Positions 39,227 to 53,264 of a DNA stretch of 64,000 nt are shown in pieces. Below the pieces are notes generated by a model. It worked only from the letters and a program-made list of their open reading frames with translations, made no database searches and was not told the DNA's origin. Position numbers and translations under genes: made by a program. The stretch lies in NCBI GenBank assembly GCA_964057225.1, contig OZ059899.1, forward strand, positions 992,001-1,056,000, read 5' to 3'. The stretch is from Auanema rhodensis (Eukaryota > Animalia > Nematoda). Position 1 is the first letter of the stretch. Each line of letters starts with the position of its first letter.

Positions 39227-41683
39227 ATGTTTTTAGATTCCGTTTTTCAAGGCAAAGACGATGGACAATGTTATTCAACGAAAAAATTAATTCTTCAGGG
39301 TGAAAATCGAGGATATAAGTGTGAACTTATATCAGTTGATATCTCGGTGCATTTTCAAGCTAGCGCAAATCTGATAACACAGATCGACGCAGCTCAAAAA
39401 TCCGCATCGAATGCACTATACTACATTGAGAAACGCTTAATACAAAAATTAGTTATGATCGTTTGAAAAATGATGCATTAGTGTATGTTGAGTTTCCATG
39501 TACACTCAACATTGCTTCCAAAAACATTTTGACAAAAATTTTTTCGAAAAATTTTAAAATAATTTAGCAAAAAGTAGATGTTTTTAGATTCCGTTTTTCA
39601 AGGCAAAGACGATGGACAATGTTATTCAACGAAAAAAATAATTCTTCAGGGTGAAAATCGAAGATATAAGTGGGAACTTATATCAGTTGATATCTCGGTG
39701 CTTTTTTAAGCTAGCGCAAATCTGATAACACAGATCGACGCAGCTCAAAAATCCGCATTGAATGCACTATACTACATTGAAAAACGCTCAATACAAAAAT
39801 TAGTTATGATCGTTTGAAAAATGATGCATTAGTGTATGTTGAGTTTCCATGTACACTCAACATTGCTTCCAAAAACATTTTGACAAAAATTTTTTCGAAA
39901 AATTTCAAGATAATTTAGCGAAAAGTAGATGTTTTTAGATTCCTTTTTTCAAGGCAAAGACGATGGACAATGTTATTCAACGAAAAAATTAATTCTTCAG
40001 GGTGAGAATCAAGGATATAAGTGTGAACTTATATCAGTTGATATCTCGGTGCATTTTTAAGCTAGCGCAAATCTGATAACACAGATCGACGCAGCTCAAC
40101 AATCCGCATCGAATGCACTATACTACTTTGAGAAACGCTTAATAATAAAATTAGTTATGATCGTTTGAAAAACGATGCATTAGTGTATGTTGAGTTTCCA
40201 TGTACACTCAACATTGCTTCCAAAAACATTTTGACAAAAATTTTTTCGAAAAATTTCAAGATAATTTAGCGAAAAGTAGATGTTTTTAGATTCCGTTTTT
40301 CAAGGCAAAGACGATGGACAATGTTATTCAACGAAAAAATTAATTCTTCAGGGTGAAAATCGAGGATATAAGTGTGAACTTATATCAGTTGATATCTCGG
40401 TGCATTTTCAAGCTAGCGCAAATCTGATAACACAGATCGACGCAGCTCAAAAATCCGCATCGAATGCACTATACTACATTGAGAAACGCTTAATACAAAA
40501 ATTAGTTATGATCGTTTGAAAAATGATGCATTAGTGTATGTTGAGTTTCCATGTACACTCAACATTGCTTCCAAAAACATTTTGACAAAAATTTTTTCGA
40601 AAAATTTTAAAATAATTTAGCAAAAAGTAGATGTTTTTAGATTTCGTTTTTCAAGGCAAAGACGATGGACAATGTTATTCAACGAAAAAAATAATTCTTC
40701 AGGGTGAAAATCGAAGATATAAGTGGGAACTTATATCAGTTGATATCTCGGTGCTTTTTTAAGCTAGCGCAAATCTGATAACACAGATCGACGCAGCTCA
40801 AAAATCCGCATTGAATGCACTATACTACATTGAAAAACGCTCAATACAAAAATTAGTTATGATCGTTTGAAAAATGATGCATTAGTGTATGTTGAGTTTC
40901 CATGTACACTCAACATTGCTTCCAAAAACATTTTGACAAAAATTTTTTCGAAAAATTTCAAGATAATTTAGCGAAAAGTAGATGTTTTTAGATTCCTTTT
41001 TTCAAGGCAAAGACGATGGACAATGTTATTCAACGAAAAAATTAATTCTTCAGGGTGAGAATCAAGGATATAAGTGTGAACTTATATCAGTTGATATCTC
41101 GGTGCATTTTTAAGCTAGCGCAAATCTGATAACACAGATCGACGCAGCTCAACAATCCGCATCGAATGCACTATACTACATTGAGAAACGCTTAATAATA
41201 AAATTAGTTATGATCGTTTGAAAAACGATGCATTAGTGTATGTTGAGTTTCCATGTACACTCAACATTGCTTCCAAAAACATTTTGACAAAAATTTTTTC
41301 GAAAAATTTCAAGATAATTTAGCGAAAAGTAGATGTTTTTAGATTCCTTTTTTCAAGGCAAAGACGATGGACAATGTTATTCAACGAAAAAATTAATTCT
41401 TCAGGGTGAGAATCAAGGATATAAGTGTGAACTTATATCAGTTGATATCTCGGTGCATTTTTAAGCTAGCGCAAATCTGATAACACAGATCGACGCAGCT
41501 CAACAATCCGCATCGAATGCACTATACTACATTGAGAAACGCTTAATAATAAAATTAGTTATGATCGTTTGAAAAACGATGCATTAGTGTATGTTGAGTT
41601 TCCATGTACACTCAACATTGCTTCCAAAAACATTTTGACAAAAATTTTTTCGAAAAATTTCAAGATAATTTAGCGAAAAGTAG
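39227..41683 (+). repeat. Trimer (1053 bp) x2 plus one extra copy of its last monomer
   Basis: ATTTTAAAAT, TCGAAGATATAAGTGGG and GGTGAGAATCAAGG recur at a 1053-bp offset. GGTGAGAATC appears again in monomer 41333. Confidence 0.85.
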
Positions 41684-44600
41684 ATGTTTTTAGATTCCGT
41701 TTTTCAAGGCAAAGACGATGGACAATGTTATTCAACGAAAAAATTAATTCTTCAGGGTGAAAATCGAGGATATAAGTGTGAACTTATATCAGTTGATATC
41801 TCGGTGCATTTTTAAGCTAGCGCAAATCTGATAACACAGATCGACGCAGCTTAAAAATCCGGATCGAATGCACTATACTACATTAAGAAACGCTCAATAC
41901 AAAAATTAGTTATGATCGTTTGAAAAATGATGCATTAGTGTATGTTGAGTTTCCATGTACACTCAACATTGCTTCCAAAAACATTTTGACAAAAATTTTT
42001 TCGAAAAATTTCAAAATAATTTAGCAAAAAGTAGATGTTTTTAGATTCCGTTTTTCAAGACAAAGACGATGGACAATGTTATTCAACGAAAAAATTAATT
42101 CTTCAGGGTTAAAATCGAGGATATAAGTGTGAACTTATATCAGTTGATATCTCGGTCCATTTTTAAGCTAGCGCAAATCTGATAACACAGATCGACGCAG
42201 CTTAAAAATCCGCATCGAATGCACTATACTACATTGAGAAACGCTTAATACGAAAATTAGTTATGATCGTTTGAAAAATGATGCATTAGTGTATGTTGAG
42301 TTTCCATGTACACTCAACATTGCTTCCAAAAACATTTTGACAAAAATTTTTTCGAAAAATTTCAAGATAATTTAGCGAAAAGTAGATGTTTTTAGATTCC
42401 TTTTTTCAAGGCAAAGACGATGGACAATGTTATTCAACGAAAAAATTAATTCTTCAGGGTGAAAATCGAGGATATAAGTGTGAACTTATATCAGTTGATA
42501 TCTCGGTGCATTTTTAAGCTAGCGCAAATCTGATAACACAGATCGACGCAGCTTAAAAATCCGCATCGAATGCACTATACTACATTGAGAAACGCTTGAT
42601 ACAAAAATTAGTTATGATCGTTTGAAAAATGATGCATTAGTGTATGTTGAGTTTCCATGTACACTCAACATTGCTTCCAAAAACATTTTGACAAAAATTT
42701 TTTCGAAAAATTTCAAAATAATTTAGCAAAAAGTAGATGTTTTTAGATTCCGTTTTTCAAGGCAAAGACGATGGACAATGTTATTCAACGAAAAAATTAA
42801 TTCTTCAGGGTGAAAATCGAGGATATAAGTGTGAACTTATATCAGTTGATATCTCGGTGCATTTTTAAGCTAGCGCAAATCTGATAACACAGATCGACGC
42901 AGCTTAAAAATCCGGATCGAATGCACTATACTACATTAAGAAACGCTCAATACAAAAATTAGTTATGATCGTTTGAAAAATGATGCATTAGTGTATGTTG
43001 AGTTTCCATGTACACTCAACATTGCTTCCAAAAACATTTTGACAAAAATTTTTTCGAAAAATTTCAAAATAATTTAGCAAAAAGTAGATGTTTTTAGATT
43101 CCGTTTTTCAAGACAAAGACGATGGACAATGTTATTCAACGAAAAAATTAATTCTTCAGGGTTAAAATTGAGGATATAAGTGTGAACTTATATCAGTTGA
43201 TATCTCGGTGCATTTTTAAGCTAGCGCAAATCTGATAACACAGATCGACGCAGCTTAAAAATCCGCATCGAATGCACTATACTACATTGAGAAACGCTTA
43301 ATACGAAAATTAGTTATGATCGTTTGAAAAATGATGCATTAGTGTATGTTGAGTTTCCATGTACACTCAACATTGCTTCCAAAAACATTTTGACAAAAAT
43401 TTTTTCGAAAAATTTCAAGATAATTTAGCGAAAAGTAGATGTTTTTAGATTCCTTTTTTCAAGGCAAAGACGATGGACAATGTTATTCAACGAAAAAATT
43501 AATTCTTCAGGGTGAAAATCGAGGATATAAGTGTGAACTTATATCAGTTGATATCTCGGTGCATTTTTAAGCTAGCGCAAATCTGATAACACAGATCGAC
43601 GCAGCTTAAAAATCCGCATCGAATGCACTATACTACATTGAGAAACGCTTGATACAAAAATTAGTTATGATCGTTTGAAAAATGATGCATTAGTGTATGT
43701 TGAGTTTCCATGTACACTCAACATTGCTTCCAAAAACATTTTGACAAAAATTTTTTCGAAAAATTTCAAAATAATTTAGCAAAAAGTAGATGTTTTTAGA
43801 TTCCGTTTTTCAAGGCAAAGACGATGGACAATGTTATTCAACGAAAAAATTAATTCTTCAGGGTGAAAATCGAGGATATAAGTGTGAACTTATATCAGTT
43901 GATATCTCGGTGCATTTTTAAGCTAGCGCAAATCTGATAACACAGATCGACGCAGCTTAAAAATCCGGATCGAATGCACTATACTACATTAAGAAACGCT
44001 CAATACAAAAATTAGTTATGATCGTTTGAAAAATGATGCATTAGTGTATGTTGAGTTTCCATGTACACTCAACATTGCTTCCAAAAACATTTTGACAAAA
44101 ATTTTTTCGAAAAATTTCAAAATAATTTAGCAAAAAGTAGATGTTTTTAGATTCCGTTTTTCAAGACAAAGACGATGGACAATGTTATTCAACGAAAAAA
44201 TTAATTCTTCAGGGTTAAAATTGAGGATATAAGTGTGAACTTATATCAGTTGATATCTCGGTGCATTTTTAAGCTAGCGCAAATCTGATAACACAGATCG
44301 ACGCAGCTTAAAAATCCGCATCGAATGCACTATACTACATTGAGAAACGCTTAATACGAAAATTAGTTATGATCGTTTGAAAAATGATGCATTAGTGTAT
44401 GTTGAGTTTCCATGTACACTCAACATTGCTTCCAAAAACATTTTGACAAAAATTTTTTCGAAAAATTTCAAGATAATTTAGCGAAAAGTAGATGTTTTTA
44501 GATTCCTTTTTTCAAGGCAAAGACGATGGACAATGTTATTCAACGAAAAAATTAATTCTTCAGGGTGAAAATCGAGGATATAAGTGTGAACTTATATCAG

Positions 44601-44842
44601 TTGATATCTCGGTGCATTTTTAAGCTAGCGCAAATCTGATAACACAGATCGACGCAGCTTAAAAATCCGCATCGAATGCACTATACTACATTGAGAAACG
44701 CTTGATACAAAAATTAGTTATGATCGTTTGAAAAATGATGCATTAGTGTATGTTGAGTTTCCATGTACACTCAACATTGCTTCCAAAAACATTTTGACAA
44801 AAATTTTTTCGAAAAATTTCAAAATAATTTAGCAAAAAGTAG
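41684..44842 (+). repeat. Trimer (1053 bp) x3, with a further copy at 46598-47650 and relatives at ~48703-50457
   Basis: [CCGGAT, ATTAAG][CAAGACA, GGGTTAAAA, TACGAAAA][TTCCTTTT, CTTGATAC] at 41684, 42737, 43790 and 46598. Confidence 0.88.
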
Positions 44843-47666
44843 ATGTTTTTAGATTCCGTTTTTCAAGGCAAAGACGATGGACAATGTTATTCAACGAAAA
44901 AATTAATTCTTCAGGGTGAAAATCGAGGATATAAGTGTGAACTTATATCAGTTGATATCTCGGTGCATTTTCAAGCTAGCGCAAATCTGATAACACAGAT
45001 CGACGCAGCTCAAAAATCCGCATCGAATGCACTATACTACATTAAGAAACGCTTAATACAAAAATTAGTTATGATCGTTTGAAAAATGATGCATTAGTGT
45101 ATGTTGAGTTTCCATGTACACTCAACATTGCTTCCAAAAACATTTTGACAAAAATTTTTTCGAAAAATTTCAAGATAATTTAGCGAAAAGTAGATGTTTT
45201 TAGATTCCGTTTTTCAAGGCAAAGACGATGGACAATGTTATTCAACGAAAAAATTAATTCTTCAGGGTGAAAATCGAGGATATAAGTGTGAACTTATATC
45301 AGTTGATATCTCGGTGCATTTTCAAGCTAGCGCAAATCTGATAACACAGATCGACGCAGCTCAAAAATCCGCATCGAATGCACTATACTACATTAAGAAA
45401 CGCTTAATACAAAAATTAGTTATGATCGTTTGAAAAATGATGCATTAGTGTATGTTGAGTTTCCATGTACACTCAACATTGCTTCCAAAAACATTTTGAC
45501 AAAAATTTTTTCGAAAAATTTCAAAATAATTTAGCAAAAAGTAGATGTTTTTAGATTCCTTTTTTCAAGGCAAAGACGATGGACAATGTTATTCAACGAA
45601 AAAATTAATTCTTCAGGGTGAAAATCGAGGATATATGTGTGAACTCATATCAGTTGATATCTCGGTGCATTTTTAAGCTAGCGCAAATCTGATAACACAG
45701 ATCGACGCAGCTCAACAATCCGCATCGAATGCACTATACTACATTGAAAAACGCTTAATACAAAAATTAGTTATGATCGTTTGAAAAATGATGCATTAGT
45801 GTATGTTGAGTTTCCATGTACACTCAACATTGCTTCCAAAAACATTTTGACAAAAATTTTTTCGAAAAATTTCAAAATAATTTAGCAAAAAGTAGATGTT
45901 TTTAGATTCCATTTTTCAAGGCAAAGACGATGGACAATGTTATTCAACGAAAAAATTAATTCTTCAGGGTGAAAATCAAGGATATAAGTGTGAACTTATA
46001 TCAGTTGATATCTCGGTGCATTTTTAAGCTAGCGCAAATCTGATAACACAGATCGACGCAGCTTAAAAATCCGCATCGAATGCACTATACTACATTGGGA
46101 AACGCTCAATACAAAAATTAGTTATGATCGTTTGAAAAATGATGCATTAGTGTATGTTGAGTTTCCATGTACACTCAACATTGCTTCCAAAAACATTTTG
46201 ACAAAAATTTTTTCGAAAAATTTCAAGATAATTTAGCAAAAAGTAGATGTTTTTAGATTCCATTTTTCAAGGCAAAGACGATGGACAATGTTATTAAACG
46301 AAAAAATTAATTCTTCAGGGTGAAAATCAAGGATATAAGTGTGAACTTATATCAGTTGATATCTCGGTGCATTTTTAAGCTAGCGCAAATCTGATAACAC
46401 AGATCGACGCAGCTTAAAAATCCGCATCGAATGCACTATACTACATTGGGAAACGCTCAATACAAAAATTAGTTATGATCGTTTGAAAAATGATGCATTA
46501 GTGTATGTTGAGTTTCCATGTACACTCAACATTGCTTCCAAAAACATTTTGACAAAAATTTTTTCGAAAAATTTCAAAATAATTTAGCAAAAAGTAGATG
46601 TTTTTAGATTCCTTTTTTCAAGGCAAAGACGATGGACAATGTTATTCAACGAAAAAATTAATTCTTCAGGGTGAAAATCGAGGATATAAGTGTGAACTTA
46701 TATCAGTTGATATCTCGGTGCATTTTTAAGCTAGCGCAAATCTGATAACACAGATCGACGCAGCTTAAAAATCCGGATCGAATGCACTATACTACATTAA
46801 GAAACGCTCAATACAAAAATTAGTTATGATCGTTTGAAAAATGATGCATTAGTGTATGTTGAGTTTCCATGTACACTCAACATTGCTTCCAAAAACATTT
46901 TGACAAAAATTTTTTCGAAAAATTTCAAAATAATTTAGCAAAAAGTAGATGTTTTTAGATTCCGTTTTTCAAGACAAAGACGATGGACAATGTTATTCAA
47001 CGAAAAAATTAATTCTTCAGGGTTAAAATCGAGGATATAAGTGTGAACTTATATCAGTTGATATCTCGGTGCATTTTTAAGCTAGCGCAAATCTGATAAC
47101 ACAGATCGACGCAGCTTAAAAATCCGCATCGAATGCACTATACTACATTGAGAAACGCTTAATACGAAAATTAGTTATGATCGTTTGAAAAATGATGCAT
47201 TAGTGTATGTTGAGTTTCCATGTACACTCAACATTGCTTCCAAAAACATTTTGACAAAAATTTTTTCGAAAAATTTCAAGATAATTTAGCGAAAAGTAGA
47301 TGTTTTTAGATTCCTTTTTTCAAGGCAAAGACGATGGACAATGTTATTCAACGAAAAAATTAATTCTTCAGGGTGAAAATCGAGGATATAAGTGTGAACT
47401 TATATCAGTTGATATCTCGGTGCATTTTTAAGCTAGCGCAAATCTGATAACACAGATCGACGCAGCTTAAAAATCCGCATCGAATGCACTATACTACATT
47501 GAGAAACGCTTGATACAAAAATTAGTTATGATCGTTTGAAAAATGATGCATTAGTGTATGTTGAGTTTCCATGTACACTCAACATTGCTTCCAAAAACAT
47601 TTTGACAAAAATTTTTTCGAAAAATTTCAAAATAATTTAGCAAAAAGTAGATGTTTTTAGATTCCA

Positions 47667-47670
47667 TTTT
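47667..47670 (+). other. 1-bp deletion in a T run (350-bp monomer)
   Basis: ATTCCATTTTCAAGG versus ATTCCATTTTTCAAGG. 45194 to 50458 = 15 x 351 - 1. Confidence 0.9.
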
Positions 47671-50600
47671 CAAGGCAAAGACGATGGACAATGTTATTCA
47701 ACGAAAAAATTAATTCTTCAGGGTGAAAATCAAGGATATAAGTGTGAACTTATATCAGTTGATATCTCGGTGCATTTTTAAGCTAGCGCAAATCTGATAA
47801 CACAGATCGACGCAGCTTAAAAATCCGCATCGAATGCACTATACTACATTGGGAAACGCTCAATACAAAAATTAGTTATGATCGTTTGAAAAATGATGCA
47901 TTAGTGTATGTTGAGTTTCCATGTACACTCAACATTGCTTCCAAAAACATTTTGACAAAAATTTTTTCGAAAAATTTCAAAATAATTTAGCAAAAAGTAG
48001 ATGTTTTTAGATTCCTCTTTTCAAGGCAAAGACGATGGACAATGTTATTCAACGAAAAAATTAATTCTTCAGGGTGAAAATCGAGGATATAAGTGTGAAC
48101 TTATATCAGTTGATATCTCGGTGCATTTTTAAGCTAGCGCAAATCTGATAACACAGATCGACGCAGCTTAAAAATCCGCATCGAATGCACTATACTACAT
48201 TGAGAAACGCTCGATACAAAAATTAGTTATGATCGTTTGAAAAATGATGCATTAGTGTATGTTGAGTTTCCATGTACACTCAACATTGCTTCCAAAAACA
48301 TTTTGACAAAAATTTTTTCGAAAAATTTCAAAATAATTTAGCAAAAAGTAGATGTTTTTAGATTCCATTTTTCAAGGCAAAGACGATGGACAATGTTATT
48401 CAACGAAAAAATTAATTCTTCAGGGTGAAAATCAAGGATATAAGTGTGAACTTATATCAGTTGATATCTCGGTGCATTTTTAAGCTAGCGCAAATCTGAT
48501 AACACAGATCGACGCAGCTTAAAAATCCGCATCGAATGCACTATACTACATTGGGAAACGCTCAATACAAAAATTAGTTATGATCGTTTGAAAAATGATG
48601 CATTAGTGTATGTTGAGTTTCCATGTACACTCAACATTGCTTCCAAAAACATTTTGACAAAAATTTTTTCGAAAAATTTCAAAATAATTTAGCAAAAAGT
48701 AGATGTTTTTAGATTCCTTTTTTCAAGGCAAAGACGATGGACAATGTTATTCAACGAAAAAATTAATTCTTCAGGGTGAAAATCGAGGATATAAGTGTGA
48801 ACTTATATCAGTTGATATCTCGGTGCATTTTTAAGCTAGCGCAAATCTGATAACACAGATCGACGCAGCTTAAAAATCCGGATCGAATGCACTATACTAC
48901 ATTAAGAAACGCTCAATACAAAAATTAGTTATGATCGTTTGAAAAATGATGCATTAGTGTATGTTGAGTTTCCATGTACACTCAACATTGCTTCCAAAAA
49001 CATTTTGACAAAAATTTTTTCGAAAAATTTCAAAATAATTTAGCAAAAAGTAGATGTTTTTAGATTCCGTTTTTCAAGACAAAGACGATGGACAATGTTA
49101 TTCAACGAAAAAATTAATTCTTCAGGGTGAAAATCGAGGATATAAGTGTGAACTTATATCAGTTGATATCTCGGTGCATTTTTAAGCTAGCGCAAATCTG
49201 ATAACACAGATCGACGCAGCTTAAAAATCCGCATCGAATGCACTATACTACATTGAGAAACGCTTAGTACGAAAATTAGTTATGATCGTTTGAAAAATGA
49301 TGCATTAGTGTATGTTGAGTTTCCATGTACACTCAACATTGCTTCCAAAAACATTTTGACAAAAATTTTTTCGAAAAATTTCAAGATAATTTAGCGAAAA
49401 GTAGATGTTTTTAGATTCCTTTTTTCAAGGCAAAGACGATGGACAATGTTATTCAACGAAAAAATTAATTCTTCAGGGTGAAAATCGAGGATATAAGTGT
49501 GAACTTATATCAGTTGATATCTCGGTGCATTTTTAAGCTAGCGCAAATCTGATAACACAGATCGACGCAGCTTAAAAATCCGCATCGAATGCACTATACT
49601 ACATTGGGAAACGCTCAATACAAAAATTAGTTATGATCGTTTGAAAAATGATGCATTAGTGTATGTTGAGTTTCCATGTACACTCAACATTGCTTCCAAA
49701 AACATTTTGACAAAAATTTTTTCGAAAAATTTCAAAATAATTTAGCAAAAAGTAGATGTTTTTAGATTCCTCTTTTCAAGGCAAAGACGATGGACAATGT
49801 TATTCAACGAAAAAATTAATTCTTCAGGGTGAAAATCGAGGATATAAGTGTGAACTTATATCAGTTGATATCTCGGTGCATTTTTAAGCTAGCGCAAATC
49901 TGATAACACAGATCGACGCAGCTTAAAAATCCGGATCGAATGCACTATACTACATTAAGAAACGCTCAATACAAAAATTAGTTATGATCGTTTGAAAAAT
50001 GATGCATTAGTGTATGTTGAGTTTCCATGTACACTCAACATTGCTTCCAAAAACATTTTGACAAAAATTTTTTCGAAAAATTTCAAAATAATTTAGCAAA
50101 AAGTAGATGTTTTTAGATTCCGTTTTTCAAGACAAAGACGATGGACAATGTTATTCAACGAAAAAATTTATTCTTCAGGGTGAAAATCGAGGATATAAGT
50201 GTGAACTTATATCAGTTGATATCTCGGTGCATTTTTAAGCTAGCGCAAATCTGATAACACAGATCGACGCAGCTTAAAAATCCGCATCGAATGCACTATA
50301 CTACATTGAGAAACGCTTAATACGAAAATTAGTTATGATCGTTTGAAAAATGATGCATTAGTGTATGTTGAGTTTCCATGTACACTCAACATTGCTTCCA
50401 AAAACATTTTGACAAAAATTTTTTCGAAAAATTTCAAAATAATTTAGCAAACAGTAGATGTTTTTAGATTCCATTTCTCAAGGCAAAGACGATGGACAAT
50501 GTTATTCAACGAAAAAATTAATTCTTCAGGGTGAAAATCGAGGATATAAGTGTGAACTTATATCAGTTGATATCTCGGTGCAATTTCAAGCTAGCGCAAA

Positions 50601-52180
50601 TCTGATAACACAGATCGACGCAGCTCAAAAATCCGCATCGAATGCACTATACTACATTGAGAAACGCTCAATACAAAAATTAGTTATGATCGTTTGAAAA
50701 ATGATGCATTAGTGTATGTTGAGTTTCCATGTACACTCAACATTGCTTCCAAAAACATTTTGACAAAAATTTTTTCGAAAAATTTCAAAATAATTTAGCG
50801 AAAAGTAGATGTTTTTAGATTCCTTTTTTCAAGGTAAAGACGATGGACAATGTTATTCAACGAAAAAATTAATTCTTCAGGGTGAAAATCGAGGATATAA
50901 GTGGGAACTTATATCAGTTGATATCTCGGTGCTTTTTTAAGCTAGCGCAAATCTGATAACACAGATCGACGCAGCTCAAAAATCCGCATTGAATGCACTA
51001 TACTACATTGAAAAACGCTCAATACAAAAATTAGTTATGATCGTTTGAAAAATGATGCATTAGTGTATGTTGAGTTTCCATGTACACTCAACATTGCTTC
51101 CAAAAACATTTTGACAAAAATTTTTTCGAAAAATTTCAAAATAATTTAGCGAAAAGTAGATGTTTTTAGATTCCGTTTTTCAAGGCAAAGACGATGGACA
51201 ATGTTATTCAACGAAAAAAATAATTCTTCAGGGTGAAAATCGAGGATATAAGTGTGAACTTATATCAGTTGATATCTCGGTGCATTTTCAAACTAGCGCA
51301 AATCTGATAACACAGATCGACGCAGCTCTAAAATCCGCATCGAATGCACTATATTACATTGAGAAACGCTTAATACAAAAATTAGTTATGATCGTTTGAA
51401 AAATGATGCATTAGTGTATGTTGAGTTTCCATGTACACTCAACATTGCTTCCAAAAACATGTTGACAAAAATTTTTTCGAAAAATTTCAAGATAATTTAG
51501 CGAAAAGTAGATGTTTTTAGATTCCGTTTTTCAAGGCAAAGACGATGGACAATGTTATTCAACGAAAAAATTAATTCTTCAGGGTGAAAATCGAGGATAT
51601 AAGTGTGAACTTATATCAGTTGATATCTCGGTGCATTTTCAAGCTAGCGCAAATCTGATAACACAGATCGACGCAGCTTAAAAATCCGCATCGAATGCAC
51701 TATACTACATTAAGAAACGCTTAATACAAAAATTAGTTATGATCGTTTGAAAAATGATGCATTAGTGTATGTTGAGTTTCCATGTACACTCAACATTGCT
51801 TCCAAAAACATTTTGACAAAAATTTTTTCGAAAAATTTCAAAATAATTTAGCGAAAAGTAGATGTTTTTAGATTCCGTTTTTCAAGGCAAAGACGATGGA
51901 CAATGTTATTCAACGAAAAAAATAATTCTTCAGGGTGAAAATCGAGGATATAAGTGTGAACTTATATCAGTTGATATCTCGGTGCATTTTTAAGCTAGCG
52001 CAAATCTGATAACACAGATCGACGTAGCTTAAAAATCCGCATCGAATGCACTATACTACATTGAGAAACGCTTAATACAAAAATTAGTTATGATCGTTTG
52101 AAAAATGATGCATTAGTGTATGTTGAGTTTCCATGTACACTCAACATTGCTTCCAAAAACATTTTGACAAAAATTTTTTC

Positions 52181-52185
52181 GTAAA
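52181..52185 (+). other. 1-bp deletion plus substitution in the TTTTTCGAAAAA palindrome (350-bp monomer)
   Basis: TTTCGTAAATTTC versus TTTCGAAAAATTTC. 51160 to 52212 = 3 x 351 - 1. Confidence 0.9.
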
Positions 52186-53264
52186 TTTCAAGATAATTTA
52201 GCGAAAAGTAGATGTTTTTAGATTTCGTTTTTCAAGGCAAAGACGATGGACAATGTTATTCAACGAAAAAATTTATTCTTCAGGGTGAAAATCTAGGATA
52301 TAAGTGTGAACTTATATCAGTTGATATCTCGGTGCATTTTCAAGCTAGCGCAAATCTGATAACACAGATCGACGCAGCTCAAAAATCCGCATCGAATGCA
52401 CTATACTACATTAAGAAACGCTTAATACAAAAATTAGTTATGATCGTTTGAAAAATGATGCATTAGTGTATGTTGAGTTTCCATGTACACTCAACATTGC
52501 TTCCAAAAACATTTTGACAAAAATTTTTTCGAAAAATTTCAAAATAATTTAGCGAAAAGTAGATGTTTTTAGATTCCGTTTTTCAAGGCAAAGACGATGG
52601 ACAATGTTATTCATCGAAAAAATTAATTCTTCAGGGTGAAAATCGAGGATATAAGTGTGAACTTATATCAGTTGATATCTCGGTGCATTTTCAAGCTAGC
52701 GCAAATCTGATAACACAGATCGACGCAGCTCAAAAATCCGCATCGAATGCACTATACTACATTAAGAAACGCTTAATACAAAAATTAGTTATGATCGTTT
52801 GAAAAATGATGCATTAGTGTATGTTGAGTTTCCATGTACACTCAACATTGCTTCCAAAAACATTTTGACAAAAATTTTTTCGAAAAATTTCAAAATAATT
52901 TAGCGAAAAGTAGATGTTTTTAGATTCCGTTTTTCAAGGCAAAGACGATGGACAATGTTATTCATCGAAAAAATTAATTCTTCAGGGTGAAAATCGAGGA
53001 TATAAGTGTGAACTTATATCAGTTGATATCTCGGTGCATTTTCAAGCTAGCGCAAATCTGATAACACAGATCGACGCAGCTCAAAAATCCGCATCGAATG
53101 CACTATACTACATTGAGAAACGCTTAATACAAAAATTAGTTATGATCGTTTGAAAAATGATGTATTAGTGTATGTTGAGTTTCCATGTACACTCAACATT
53201 GCTTCCAAAAACATTTTGACAAAAATTTTTTCGAAAAATTTCAAAATAATTGAGCGAAAAGTAG

